Assembly (NCBI GenBank): GCA_963422375.2
Contig: OY729428.2
Span: forward strand, 352,001-416,000
DNA from: Bryobacterales bacterium
GTDB taxonomy: Bacteria; Acidobacteriota; Terriglobia; Bryobacterales; UBA6623
DNA: 64,000 bases
Reading direction: 5' to 3'
Shown here: piece by piece, positions 63,939-64,000 of the stretch
Position numbering within the stretch: the first letter of the stretch is position 1
How the letters are laid out: every line of letters begins with the position of its first letter
The notes under the pieces: generated by a model
What the model saw: only the letters and a program-made list of their open reading frames with translations
Database searches by the model: none
What the model was told of the DNA's origin: nothing
Made by a program: the position numbers and the translations under genes

Positions 63939-64000
63939 ACGGCGGTTCGTGCGACTGGCCCGCTGCAACGGGCGGGGGCGCTGACCGCTCGGGCTCGTAG

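Noticed and set aside
1..64000. CRISPR array, rRNA, prophage, integrase, reverse transcriptase
   Set aside because: No spaced direct repeats, rRNA-like sequence or hallmark genes seen.

Overview
High-GC bacterial chromosome segment. The Oar-type TonB receptor, NHL-repeat, HupE/UreJ and PQQ-like beta-propeller genes suggest Acidobacteriota (Bryobacterales-like), possibly host-associated; this is inference. Two fairly intact core blocks (about 23.8-44.4 kb and 49.5-61.1 kb) hold guaB, panBC, an M16 peptidase, an ECF sigma module, aroK, a LolD-like ATPase, RecD2, a sulfatase and oxidoreductases. They alternate with zones riddled by 12 IS copies of four types: 5 IS1595-subgroup, 3 ISNwi-group, 2 IS1380 and 2 ISNCY/ISMae2-like, most with readable target-site duplications (TSDs). 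Three defence loci are destroyed: a Type ISP-like nuclease-helicase now in four pieces, a PLD-helicase plus SMC/DndD-like ATPase module (PbeAC/Azaca-like), and a C5-methyltransferase plus NotI-like endonuclease. Only higBA is intact. The most striking structure is a 14.35 kb block (1699-16051) bounded by two directly repeated IS1380 copies. It carries tRNA-Arg(CCT) and sits at a single CTAG in the Type ISP-like helicase gene, whose halves rejoin in frame. Other highlights are an in-frame poly-C tract at that gene's 5' end, an apparent A:T-to-G:C decay bias and recurrent short duplications in the IS copies, and an uncharacterised PQQ-propeller/EhpF-like/SnoaL-like operon.
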